A stretch of 64,000 nucleotides of DNA from Massalongia carnosa (taxonomy: Eukaryota). The notes under the pieces were generated by a model. It was not told where the DNA came from and searched no databases. It saw only the letters and a list, made by a program, of their open reading frames with translations. Shown piece after piece: positions 38,106 through 50,653 of the stretch (position 1 is its first letter; each line of letters opens with the position of its first letter). Location of the stretch: contig OZ287074.1 in the NCBI GenBank assembly GCA_965645245.1, positions 868,001 through 932,000 on the forward strand, written 5' to 3'. The translations under genes and the position numbers were made by a program.

Positions 38106-39752
38106 TTATTTCACAAGCAAAATGGCGATCAAAGCCAACGGGCCCAGTAAGCCACGTGGCAAACCTTTCTCGCTGTGCGGTGCAGCGCTCTTGTGAGTTG
38201 GCGTACTGTTCGGCGATGGTACTGTATTGGTGGCGGAGCCTGAGGTATCGGTGCCATTGGGAATATTAGTCTCATCATCCGGCAATTTCTTAATAGACAG
38301 GTTTTGCAGCTTCCCCCCGCTACTGGAATACACAGGCTGCAATACGTTAGTGTCGGATATATCCACTAATTTGCCGTTATTCGGCTTCTCAATGCCCTTG
38401 TCAATGAGGCTCTGTCCCCCCGCTGGTATAGGGACAAGACTGAACTTGCTGACAAAATTGGATGAGCCGATTAAACTACTCTTACAGGTCGGCGCAACTA
38501 CTTTGGTTGCGCTTGGATTGCCGGATTCTAGCGCTTTAATGTCTAATTTGTTGTACTGATGTTGAAGGTTATCGTAATCTACCATCAGCTCGGCCGTATC
38601 GTTTTGGTACAGAACCACAAGGCCGAAGTTATTGGCCTCTTCCTGGACGTACTCGTAGACCAACCCACCACTCATAACCGAGGTCATATTAGGGCCATAT
38701 AAGGCTAGTACTTCATTAAAGACACGAGGCCTGACTTCATTGCATCCATACTCAGAGAAGAAGACCGGAATCGTGGTATTTGCAAACTGCGAGACAAGGA
38801 TGTTGTAACCAGACGTCTCAAATGTAGCGTCCCCGCCACACCAAGAGTACGAGTTCAAGCCAAAAAAATCTATCTTGGAGTTGTCCAAACTTGATCCATC
38901 GATGGCGCATTCAAGGTAAGCCCAAGAGTCGGCCAGAATGTCCCGGACATCAGCAGCGCTATAACCAATTGGGATTTTTCTCGGCGAATTTTGGGCAATA
39001 TAGTTCTTCAAATCGCGAGTAATGCTTCGAATATATGGCGGAACAGTCTCTCCGCTTGGAATGTCATTCATCACCTCATTGCCTGCGAAGAATCCCAGCG
39101 TATTGGGGAAACTGTGGAACGCCTCAACGACAGCAAAGACTCGTTTTAGATATTCCGAGTTGTAGGAGTTCTTCAAATCTTTTGGATTCAAACTCTCATT
39201 GGGCAGTGGCGAGTTGACTGGTCGCAAATCGTCAGTTCGTTGACTATAATGGGATGCTTGTTGACGGATTCAGACCATCAAGTAGCATGTGTATTCCCAC
39301 AGCATTAAATATACTGGCGCAGAGATTATGGTCGAGAGCCGGGTCAAGATTGTACACCCTGATTGTATTTATCCCGAGCATTTGCATTAGGGCAGCATCA
39401 CGCAGACAGAGGGTTCCATTGCTTAACGGATCAATTCCTGAGCCAGCAATGAAGCCCGAGGAGCCCCCCGGCTGGTAACTAGTTGATCATCAACTCAAGT
39501 ACCTTGATATGAGTCACAAAATTTGGGATAAACCTACGCCACACCGATAATTTGAAAACGAGCATTGGTAACGGAGTTAACGAAGTTCGATCCTGCAACT
39601 TTGATCGGTTGCACCGCCAATGCCAAAGTAGCACATAGAGTAAGCACGAATACATGAAAGCCGTATGGCTAGGTGTTTGAATTCTAACGTTAAAAATCGT
39701 TCTCAAGGACCTTGAAGGTTCATTCGGTAATCAACTTACGTACCAAAAACAT
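38106..39752 (-). CDS. GH72 beta-1,3-glucanosyltransferase (Gel/Gas family), probably GPI-anchored, no X8 domain
   Basis: Signal peptide, then GVAYQPGG, DPLS..C.RDA, INTIRVY, FFAGNEV, IGYSAAD, FGLNSYSWCG, PVFFSEYGCN and SGGLVYEY, followed by a Ser/Thr tail and hydrophobic C-terminus. Three introns. Confidence 0.93.
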
Positions 39753-40752
39753 TTTGATATTTATGATCAGCACAGGGAATGAAATCCTTTTCCCTTAATA
39801 CGTTAAGGAAGTATGGAGAACCAACTAGCCAGGATCATGTGCCGAACGTGCAGAAGCCACGAAAAAAAACTGGCGATGAAAAGGAACAAAGGCAATGAGT
39901 TCTAAAAGAAGGAAGTGTCCTTACACTTCATATGTAAGTTGAATGTTATCGTCAAGACAAGTGGTTTCGGCTAAAAACTTGTAATGCAAGATAACTTGGA
40001 GGAGGCCCGCGCTTAATAGATAACTCTGGGCCAAAATAAATGCGTAAACAATCACCAGATTCCATGTGAAAATCCCCGCCTACGATCATTGTAGGGTGCA
40101 TAACTACGGAGTACAGAGTACCACATGGAGATACAAAGTATATGCTAGACCAATTGATAACCAAGCTTTAATGGGATGATTGCAGTGGCTTCTCTATACC
40201 CCGTAGAGATGTGTAGAAGAGGATATAAGGCCTTTGCTTGTTAGGTAAGTCACGATTCAAAAGACGATGGACTAGCTAGTCTGGAGGGTTCCGAAAAAAG
40301 ATTATTCATCTCGTCCTATGCCTAGGTTGAGCGCCCGAAACTTCTGGAGGTGAGCTTACTTGAGTGGTCAATGGAGTAGAAAAAGGATCAGCTGGGAAGG
40401 CGAGCAAGCTGAGAGGAAGGTGATGAACGTGCGCCGTGAAATCAATCCCTCGCACATGGCGATTAGAGTCGTATTTGCGGAATCCTGGCTCACGAAGTAT
40501 TCAGATATATGCTTGACGAACACCAATGCATGGTATCATCTTTGACCGCCGACCATTTATTCCATCTGTCTCTATTTGCTAGAGACTGAATTCCACCAAG
40601 TAATAACTGCCGTGTCCGACAAGATACAAGTAGAACTTATACAAAGCCCTAATCTAAGGATGAAGAGTTCAAAAAACCGCATTAAGAGTGAAGAAGGGGG
40701 TATGCGCCGTAGAAATAGTAGATCTTGCTGTGGCCAGAAATGGATGCAGGAC

Positions 40753-41423
40753 TCAATGATCGATACCGGTCGCGGAGCCAGAGTCCGAGGCTGGACCATG
40801 ACCAAAAGGGCCGACATCAATAGTCGGGTCTATAGCAATCATCTCAGCTAGTATATCGATGACCGGTTTGGGTACGGTTTTGTCGTAGATGGATATTAAG
40901 TCTCGGGGTGACGGGTAGACTTTGAGCGCTTTATAAAAGCATAATGCCGCCTCTACCTGGTCTGCGCCTGTACGTACGTTAGTAGTCAAAGTTTGCTTGA
41001 ACTCGACAAGGCAAACATACCCTCTTGACATAGCTGCTCTCCTTGCCCCACTTGAGTCATGAAATAGGCTTCCTTATCCTCCACGTCGGTTGGGAACCCT
41101 GTTTCTCTAGCCCTTCTCACCGCCGTTTTAATTGTTTCTTTCAGCTGGATGCCCTGAGCCTCCGCTTCTTCTCTCGCTGCGCGTGCCTCCTTCCGCGATT
41201 CTCGTTTCAAAGCCTTCCTGAACTCAGGATCTGTCCGCCGCTTATGATCAAAGTAAACTGCGTATGCTAAAATCATGCTTGTTAGCAGTTGACAGTCTTC
41301 TTTTATCACTGCCTATGATCATGTTCGGGATTGGATCATGAGTATACCAAGAAATCCCGTAAAAAGAACACCGGCAGAAGCGAAGGCAATGGTTGATGCT
41401 CGAATAGATGATGACATCGTCAT
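40753..41423 (-). CDS. TOM20: mitochondrial import receptor Tom20
   Basis: N-terminal TM segment, then [29 protein letters not shown] and [27 protein letters not shown]. Two introns. Confidence 0.95.
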
Positions 41424-41720
41424 AAATCTCAAGGTAGTTTCGCTTCGCCCCTTTCGGTCCCAACCGACACAACCAGAATTTTGGCGATGGTTAGCTTTGG
41501 AGAAGAAGAAAGTTGGTCGTCCGGGATTTAAGGGGTTTGATGAGAATTTTTGGATATAGGCAACTTTTTCGATTGAAGGCCTGCCCAAACTGCGCTAGCG
41601 AGAAGAAGCCGGAATCTTTCCGCCTTGGCTTAGAAGTTGACAGTGTATAAACTCCTCTCCACAACCCTATTCTCATTTTCCGATACCGCGCAACGCCTCA
41701 TATCCCCTTTGAAAGACTAG

Positions 41721-43873
41721 ATGGAGGAGAAGAGCAAAGGATTTTCTTTGCGGCAAAAGAAATCATCACGTCGGCCACCAATCAGCGCTCCTCAACAGAT
41801 CCAAAGTTCCCCAGCACAATCGCCAGCGCTGGTGGGAAATGGGAATGGTGACAAACACAATGGTAACAGGCCAGGAGGGAGCAGTGGGAGCTCAGAATCT
41901 ACCAGTCAGCCACGTAGGCCAAGTGGAAACACAGTAGACCTTGTAAAGCGAAGATATTCGACGAGGTTCACAACATTGGCCGATTTCAGAAATGCCGATG
42001 TACCGCCAATACCTGCACTTCCCACAGGAAATGTAGATCATCCTACCCAACAGAAGACGCAGTTAGGTTCTGCTGTAGTGCATGACGTCGATATAGATCT
42101 TGATGCACTGAAAGATCCTGGCTTACAAGCTGATCAATGTGAGTGTAGCGATGTACTCCTGTAAATTTTACCATTAAGTGGTGGATAGACGCTTCAACTC
42201 TGCTGTCCGATGCATCCGCTCAGGATTTACGTCAATTTCAGTCCAGCCTTCGCAAGATCAAGAACCGTGCTTCTACCGACCTACAGCAGAATGTATATCA
42301 AAATCGAACCCAGTTTATCAACATCAGCAAGGAGGCAGATAAACTTAGAGGAGAAATGAGAACGCTCCGTGGCCTTTTGTCAGAACTTACAACCTCTGTT
42401 GGTCACTCAACAAGCCCTACGGCGCCAGAACCCAGAGTTTCTTTAGACAATGACTCGACAAGGGCTCAAAAGCAAGCAAGACGAACCTCAGTTGCCAGTC
42501 TCGAGGCCATGTGGAACGTGCAACTGCATGCTTTATGGAAAAATGTCGAAGGCTCGCAGAAGTTCTTGCCGACAGTTCTAGGAAGACATGTTGTTCATGA
42601 ATCGGGACACTGGGTAGAATTAGACGCGGCAACATGGAAAGCCCGGCGACCTGCACACATGTTCCTTCTTAACGATCACCTGCTCATCGCGACTAAAAAG
42701 AGGAGACGAATGAACCCCAGCTTAATGGTAAACGGCGATGTCACACAAGAACCGTCGTCGAAGCTGATAGTAGACAAATGCTGGCTTCTCCAAGATATAG
42801 ACATGATCGATATAGTCTCTTCAAGTGGATTAGCCCCTTTAGCTAGCGAAAGGAGCGAGATGTCTAATGCAATTAACATTCGCCACGGGCATGAATCGTA
42901 CACCTATCGCCTTGACAAAAACTCTAATACGGAGAAGGCGCATCTCCTTCAAGCTTTCAAAAGAGCGGCAGACGAAATACGTCGAGAACTACGAGCTAAT
43001 GCCGAGCAGCTAATCAATAAAAACACCGAATCTATGGATTACTATTCTTCAAAAGACCCGGCTTTGTCCAAAAAATCCGATTTTGTTCACTCAATGAGCG
43101 GGAAGAGAGATCGCCCCGAAATCTTGATCGAGGTTGATGGGAAACACCAGAATCTCCGGTGGGTGGAAGGCCAGATCGACGAGCTGGACAGCGAAGTAGC
43201 GTTGCAAAGGTTTGAGGATGCAGTACGGTATGTTGAGAAGCTGCGGAGGCTCGCTAGGGGTTTGAAGGGCAACACGATAGCGCAAGAACTTATCTTAACC
43301 CGAGTTGACAAGCGAGCCAAAAAACTTAGGGGTAAGTCTTTCCTCAACGGCTGACTTATATTCTTTGCTGAACGCTTCACAGATCTTATAACGCGGCAGT
43401 TAGTGGACACTCATTCTTTACTAAAAGTCACACAATCCAATGTTGCATGGCTCGTTCGCCTTGGCTTTACGGACAGCGCAAGGGAAGCATATCTGAAAGC
43501 TAGAACCGACACCATCGCCAAACGAAAACGCCAGATCCTCTTCGAAGGCAATCTGCACCATCATATCTACCAAATCTCCTACGTCTATTTCATCCTGATC
43601 CGCAACACCATGACAATCTACCAGCAATGCTTCCCACCTCTGATGATGAGTGCATGTGTTAAATGGGCCAAGGAGCACCTCGACGCTTTCAACCGGATTC
43701 TCGCCAGCCAGCTAAGTAACGTGCAACGCGAGAGTCCCACATGGAGGGAATGCATGGAACGGGCGCGCGAGCATGCGAAATTTGTGGACGAAGTGGGGCT
43801 TGATTTTAAGGATTTAGTTGGCGTGGAGTTTGAGGAGGGTGACGAAAGTATCTCTAATATCGTGACAAGATAA
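41721..43873 (+). CDS. EXO84: exocyst subunit Exo84
   Basis: DLVKRRYSTRF, DLQQNVYQNRTQFI.ISKEA, LWKNVEGSQKFLP, a PH-like region (WVELDAATWK..HMFLLNDHLL) and SACVKWAKE. Two introns. Confidence 0.95.
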
Positions 43874-44000
43874 CTCATAATAAACAATCATCACTATCTA
43901 GTCCTCTTTTTCGTCAACGAAATATTACAGATCTTGGCTCATGCAGATGTTAGTCAAGACCAAGCTTTAACTCTCAATCTCCTCCACCAGCTTCTTCGGT

Positions 44001-44825
44001 TCACTTCCCCTCCCCTCCTTCATCACTAATCTCCTTCTCAAGCTCCCTCCCCCCAATCTCCACCCCATCACTGATCCCTCCATCCTGCTCCCCTTCCCCC
44101 TCCCCATCCTTGCACTCGTCCCCCCTTTCTCCCTCCCCATCCTTAGACCCGTTCTCCCCTTCCCCCACTCCCAATGTAAGCCCTGCATCACCCCCAACCT
44201 TATCCTCCTCCCGCCGCCCAATCACCACCGTCCCTACCACAAGCCCCCCCGCCCCCACCCACCACAGCGGTGGCAAGCGCTCCCCGAACACCGCCAACCC
44301 TAGCAGCGCCGTTAGCACGAAGTTGGCGGATGTGTTGATGATGGCGACGCGCGTTGTGGACGTCGCGCGCGTGAGGGCGGCCGTGAATAGGGCCCACATT
44401 GAGGCGTTGAAGGCGAGGTTAAGAAGAAAGCAGATCTGGGAGGTTGAGAGGAAGGAATTAGTGGAATTGGTGGGTTGTTGGGGAAGGGTTGATGGTTGGG
44501 TAAGACGAGGGAAGGGTTGCAACGGGTATATAGAGGGAAAAGAGAGTGACTGGGAATATACAGTGCGGATCAGGAGCTCAACGGGTTTTTTGGAGGGGGC
44601 GAGCCCGAGGGTTGTAGAGATGGCACTGGACCAGGAGGAGGTGATGGATGTCGTTGTGCTGTTATTATGACTAGTCAGAGTTTTTTTTTCTCCAAGAGTG
44701 TGAGAGAAGGAGAGTGGGAAGGAGGGTGCAGGGAGTGGTTGGTACAGTTTTGCGAAAACACTGTTGAACGCTGCGCAGGCGCCACTGGCGACTGCGAGCG
44801 CCAGCCAGGGGGATTTGAATATCAT
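44001..44825 (-). CDS. TMEM42-like (EamA/DMT-type) membrane protein
   Basis: WLALAVASGACAAFNSVFAKL|TTT, MWALFT.AL, STTRVAIINTSANFVLTALLG..VFGE.LPPLWW.GA. Introns at 44659-44745 and 44436-44561. Confidence 0.85.
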   Translation of the reverse strand: MIFKSPWLALAVASGACAAFNSVFAKLYQPLPAPSFPLSFSHTLGEKKTLTSHNNSTTTSITSSWSSAISTTLGLAPSKKPVELLIRTVYSQSLSFPSIYPLQPFPRLTQPSTLPQQPTNSTNSFLSTSQICFLLNLAFNASMWALFTAALTRATSTTRVAIINTSANFVLTALLGLAVFGERLPPLWWVGAGGLVVGTVVIGRREEDKVGGDAGLTLGVGEGENGSKDGEGERGDECKDGEGEGEQDGGISDGVEIGGRELEKEISDEGGEGK

Positions 44826-45350
44826 GATTCGGCGTTGTAGGGATGTTTGTAAATTGTGTAGGGGTCTTCCTTTCTTTTTCGGTTTGTGTGACGGGGAAAG
44901 AGGGCTGATAAAGTACACAGGCTCGGGGTGGGGGTTTGGGAGGACAATTTCTTAATTATCTGCTTGATAGATAAGTGGATATTACGCTGCTGATAAACTC
45001 GAGATTATATGAATTCAGAATCTTAGTAGCCCTCTTAAACTACGTTTGTGAAGCAGCACTCGTATCATGTCTTTTCAAGATTATGAGAGTCTGCTGACAC
45101 CCGCAAGAAGTCAATCAATAAAAAAATTCACAATCCACAAAATCAAGCGTAATCTACATTTCTCAATAACCTTCCTTCAACGTCTTTTGCAGATTGGGTA
45201 TCTTTGTAGCCTGCTTCTGACGCCCAAACTCCTCATATGTTCCCTACCATCTACTTGATAGATGAAGCAAGTATCCGCTCTCGAACTTGTTTTCCTCTTA
45301 AAACCTGCTCACTTTCATAATATTCGCCGATATGCTATCAAGTCTTCCAC

Positions 45351-45816
45351 CTAGGTCTCTCCAGGCCGCTTCGCATTGCAGCTTACGATCTTGACCTTAT
45401 CTGCTTGGACCGAGTTGTGATTTTCAAGCTTGAAATTGACGTCCTTAATGAGGAACGTCCATACTTCGTCGCAGAATCGATATGTATCGAGGTGGCCCTT
45501 CGGACATGAACTAGTTAGCCACATATTGCACGTTGACGCGCAGCAGACATTCCACCGCTCCTCACCTTGAAGGTCAGGCGGGCCTTGACCTTGTCTGCTA
45601 GAACCTCGGTGACACATTTATCGAAGCTAGATATGACTTTCATCGCCAGCTGGGGCTCAATGCGGGAAGAATGAACCAGTTCATCAAGGGTATCAATAAG
45701 AGAGAGTCCAATGCTGATAAGCCATCCTAGTCAGTTCCTACCCAGTTATATATAGCTTGGTGCCTGCAATAATACCTGCTGCGACGATAGAGCTCATAGT
45801 AAGACTGGTTGTTCAT
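45351..45816 (-). CDS. TOA2: TFIIA gamma (small) subunit
   Basis: [18 protein letters not shown]...[51 protein letters not shown]. Confidence 0.96.
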
Positions 45817-46043
45817 CTTCAAGTATACACGCGGAGTTGAAAAAGATGTTTAGTTAGGCGAAAGTTGATGCCATCAATGCAAGAACCTTGATGACTAATC
45901 AGACTTGCAGCGGAAGCTAGGCTATTCTAGTCCTCTTCCTGATCGTTGACCTCCAAATCTCGAAATTGTATTTTTCCCCAATCACTCACAATAACCCGGA
46001 GTTTGAGCAGCTCTTCTAGTGTTTATCTATCTTTCTGAACGAC

Positions 46044-46855
46044 ATGAGTCTCTCCTATGGGCTATGGGGTGGTACAGCAAGTTTGACTGTTATAGGACTC
46101 TGTGAGGGCCTCGGCTAGCTTCGTCAAAGACTCAGCTAACCATTTCTTAGATTTATTATTCACTGGTGACGGCGAGGTTTTTAATGTGGGTTTCATTGGC
46201 ATGCTTAAAAGGGGCAATATCTGACAGAAAGCCCAAAGGTTGGACAATATCTCGAAACCATCTCTCCCTATGCTTTCGCGGATCTAGGCATCAGTCTATG
46301 TATTGGATTATCCGTTGTGGGGGCAGCATGGTAGGTGAACCAATTCCGGCATGAGTGTAACCATAGCTTATATTACCATCATCAGGGGTATATTCATCAC
46401 CGGTTCCTCGATCCTAGGTGGTGGCGTCAAAGCACCTCGAATACGAACGAAGAACCTTATATCGATTATATTTTGCGAGGTCGTCGCTATATACGGCGTC
46501 ATCATGGCAATCGTGTTTTCGGCGAAGCTGACTCCATCAAATAAGGGGGATGACGTCTACTCCAGCAGTAATTACTATACAGGCTTTGCGCTATTCTGGG
46601 CTGGTTTGACCGTTGGAATGTGCAATCTCATCTGCGGTGTTTCAGTGGGAATAAACGGTAGTAGCGCGGCACTGGCTGACGCCGCCGATCCAAGTTTGTG
46701 AGTGGTTAATAATATTCAGTATGCCATTGAAAGCTGCTAATACTGCTTGAAGATTTGTAAAAGTACTCGTCATCGAAATCTTTAGTTCTGTCCTTGGACT
46801 GTTTGGGCTTATCATTGGCTTGCTTGTCTCAGGGAAAGCGCTAGACTTCAAATAG
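46044..46855 (+). CDS. VMA16: V-ATPase proteolipid subunit c''
   Basis: [77 protein letters not shown]. Four introns. Confidence 0.96.
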
Positions 46856-47176
46856 GACACCTAGAGAGTTAAGGGGTTGGAGGTAGAAAAAGAAATTCTA
46901 TTCTTTATTGTTTTTATCATGGGAGCATTGGGCAATGTAAGCTCTGGCGTTTGGGAGATACCTTGAGGATCATGTGTCTTTGTTTTCTTTGTAAATAGCA
47001 TCTTTAGGTATAAGATGGGTCTTTCAAATGGTATTTGTAAGGGACACCGTGGATGGAACTACAACGTATCGCTAGTGGATGCCCAACCTAGATTTTACAT
47101 AACCAAAAACGTAACCATATCCGAAACGATCTTAATTTGCCTCCTCAAATCCTTCCAAGATAAACAACCAAGCATC

Positions 47177-49425
47177 ATGCCCAAAGTCAAATTAAAAGCA
47201 GCTGTGATTATCATATCCGACACCGCATACCAAGATCCATCCACCGACAAATGCGCAAGCGTCCTCACTGATACCTTCGCCATCGAAGGCGACGACCAAT
47301 GGACGCTGCACCGTGCCATCCTTCTCCCTGACGATGTTTCACTGATACAAACAGAAATCATGGAGCTGTGCAGGGATGGTGAGGAATTCGCGAATCTCAT
47401 CGTTACTAGTGGTGGCACTGGCTTTGCGGTTAGAGATCGGACGCCAGAAGCCGTTAGCGGGTTACTTGATAGACATGCGACCGGGTTGGTGTAAGTGCAA
47501 TAACAATGTTTCCTGACTTCTACATGTTTTTGCAAGGGCTCATGATGGCGCAGGCATGGCATGTTGGCAGCTTCTCGAGAGATTACGCCATGTAAGCAGC
47601 GGATTTTTAATTTTCTTTCTGAAAGCAGTGGCATTGATGAATCATAATTGGACGGCAGTGTTTGTCAAATCTATATAAAACCTCAAAACTTCATCTCCCG
47701 CAATGAGGGCTAACACTACGAGTAGTTGCGCTCATGGCAAGGCCGGTTGCTGGGATTCGGAATAAGACAATTATAGTTACGCTTCCTGGGTCGCCAAAAG
47801 GCGCCAAAGAGAACCTTTTGGGAATTCTGAAACTGTTGCCTCATGCTTGCATGCAAGCTGCTGGTGCCGACTCAAGAGCTCTTCATAAGGGAGGTGTGAA
47901 GAAACTCGAGGAAGAAGCGGGCTTGAGCGCTACCAAAGATTCCCATCATTACCATCATGAACACAGTCACCCACGTGGACATAATGTCCCTCGAGCTCAT
48001 ACTCCCCGTGAGAACCGCCCAGAGTCAAACGACCCACGAGATGGCCCTCCACGTCGCTATCGTTCCTCGCCATATCCCATGATAGCTGTTGAGGAAGCTA
48101 TTCAAATAATTCTCAAGGAATCTCCTCCCCTCCTAACCCATGAAGCTATTGTTGATAACCAATTGATTGGATACGTGCTGGCCAGGGATGTTCAGGCTAA
48201 GGAAGCCGTTCCTGCATACCGAGCTAGCAGAGTTGACGGATACGCACTGATAGTGCCTGAAGATGGTCCAAGCCCTAAGGGGATACTGCATGTAGCCTCA
48301 GTGTCCCATGCACGTCCAGGCAAGATACCAGCTCTCCAGCCAGGGCAGATTTCACGGATCACTACAGGGGCACCTCTCCCACCCGGAGCGACGAGTGTGG
48401 CAATGGTGGAAGATACTGTTTTGAGAAGCCTTACCGACGACGAGACTGAGGAGAAGGAGGTCGAGATCTTGACGGACGAGATTAAGCCAAACGAGAATGT
48501 ACGGGAGATAGGCAGTGATACTGCAATGGGTGAGGTTATCTTAAGAAAAGGCGACAAAGTTACCGCTATCGGCGGCGAGTTGGGTCTGCTGGCTTCTGTG
48601 GGCCAGAAACTAGCCACAGTTTACAGGAAGCCTATTGTTGGTATATTGAGCACGGGAGATGAAATTGTCAACCATAATCGACAAGGCGCCTTGCGTCTGG
48701 GAGAGGTTCGGGATTGTAACCGTCCTACCATCCAGGCTGTGGTGCAAGGTTGGGGGTTTGAAGTAATAGACTTGGGAATTGCTAACGATACGTAAGTTAG
48801 ATGGTCATTATAATCCTGTCTGTTGGTTACTGACGGCATTGGTAAAAGACCCGATGCGCTAGAGCAATCTCTCCGCGACGCCATGCGCAAAGTCGACGTT
48901 ATCGTTACCACAGGCGGCGTTTCCATGGGCGAACTGGATCTCCTTAAGCCAATCATCGAACGCTCCCTCGGTGGAACAATCCACTTTGGGCGTGTTGCCA
49001 TGAAACCCGGGAAACCGGCTACCTTCGCCACCATCCCATTCAAGAACGGCAACGGAGAACGAGAAACCTGTCTGATATTCTCCTTGCCCGGAAACCCAGC
49101 ATCTGCAATCGTAACTCTTCACCTATTCGTTTTACCGTCTTTGCATTATTCATCAGGAATAAGCCCGCCTGGCCTTCCCAAGGTTCTGGTGACTCTCGAT
49201 CACGATATCATGCTCGACCCACGGAGAGCAGAGTATCATCGCGCCGCTGTAGATGCAAGGAGTGATGGTTTACTTTATGCCGCCAGTACGGGCGGCCAGA
49301 GAAGTTCTAGGATTGGAAGCTTTAGGTGCGCGAACGCGCTGCTATGTTTGCCTGCGCGGGAAGGATTCTTTGAAAAAGGCCAGAGGATTGAGGCGCTGCT
49401 CATGAGCCAAGTGCAGGGGTTTTGA
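47177..49425 (+). CDS. cnxE: gephyrin-like molybdenum insertase (MogA G-domain plus MoeA E-domain)
   Basis: G domain: IISD, TSGGTGFA.RDRTPEA, TLPGSPKG. A His-rich linker precedes the E domain: PAYRASRVDGYA, RITTGAPLP, LSTGDE, TTGGVSMGELD, MKPGKP, LPGNP. Confidence 0.93.
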
Positions 49426-49774
49426 CCCAAGAATGAAAAGAATGAACGGAATCGGGTTTAAAATCAGGAAAAATATAGGAGTATAGACACAATGTAAAAT
49501 AGTAGAACGCCCGATAAAGAGCAAGTGCAATTCATGATAGGGAATGAGAAGCGCAACAGCGAATACAAACAGAAGTGATAGCAAAGGCGAAGTCGTGAGA
49601 AGTTACAGGGACAGCACGTGCCATCGGATCGGATGTCACCCTGCCGCAGCTAATACAAGATTGTACTAGCGCACTAGCTACTTCTAACTCTCAGGGATAG
49701 TCCCCAAATCCTCTCCACATCCACAATTCGTTTCCCAAATCCCCCAAAAGACCTTTAAAGACCAAGTCACAATC

Positions 49775-50542
49775 ATGGTCCGAATCAAATACCGCTATCT
49801 CCTCGTCAACATCCTCTACCCCGATCCCTCCCCTTTCATCCTCACTCCTATCACCACCATATCCCCCCCCTCCCCCCATCTTCCCCCCGCCCTCCTCCAA
49901 TTCCACGCCCCAACCCCCAACCACCTAACCCCCCAGCTCCTGGCGCGTACTATAAAAGACCAGATCGCACTCCTGTACGGCGATTACGGCGTCGGCGTCA
50001 CCGCTGCGAGTCTGAATGGTATTTTCATTTCTTTTCTGTCGTTTTCATCCTATCTCTTCATCCCTCTCTGTGTTGTATTACTATACGGCAGCATATCGTG
50101 TGAGTTTTTCTCTTTTCGAGAAGAAGTCTAATCTATTTTAAAAAACCCCCTCACAGTAAAATACCTCTCGCCCGCCACCTCAACCGCCATCGTGCGCTGC
50201 TCGCGTACGCACTACCGCCTCGTGTGGGCGGCCCTATCGTTCCTGACGCATCTCCCAGGCTCCCCGGCGGCGCACAGCGGGCCGCTGCTGCCGTGCGTTT
50301 TCCAGGTCCTGAGGGTGTCGGGGACGATCCGGAAGAGCGAGGAGGAGGCCATCAGGCAGGCTAGAGCCGCGATTATGCGTGCGAAGAGGGAGGGGGGGCC
50401 GGAGGGGCGGTTGGGAGGGCTGCGGGCGGTTTTGGGACGGGCGGATGAGCGGCTTGGAGCGGGCGCGAAAGGGGGAGGGGATGAGGATGTGGTGGCTGGT
50501 ATTGAGAATGAGGATGAGGAGGAGAGTGAGGGCGAGGGATGA
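49775..50542 (+). CDS. POP5: RNase P/MRP subunit Pop5
   Basis: MVRIKYRYLLVNILYP, LYGDYG, |VKYLSPATSTAIVRCSR.HYRLVWAALSF and VLRVSGTIRKSEE. One intron. Confidence 0.93.
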
Positions 50543-50653
50543 TGGATGACCGGTGTTCAATGAGTTTTCGGGAGGATGATGATATAGGTGTTGACGGATG
50601 ATTCAGAATTGCCTAACGTCTCTTGCCAGAAGCCACACCCACGGTGCCAGGCC

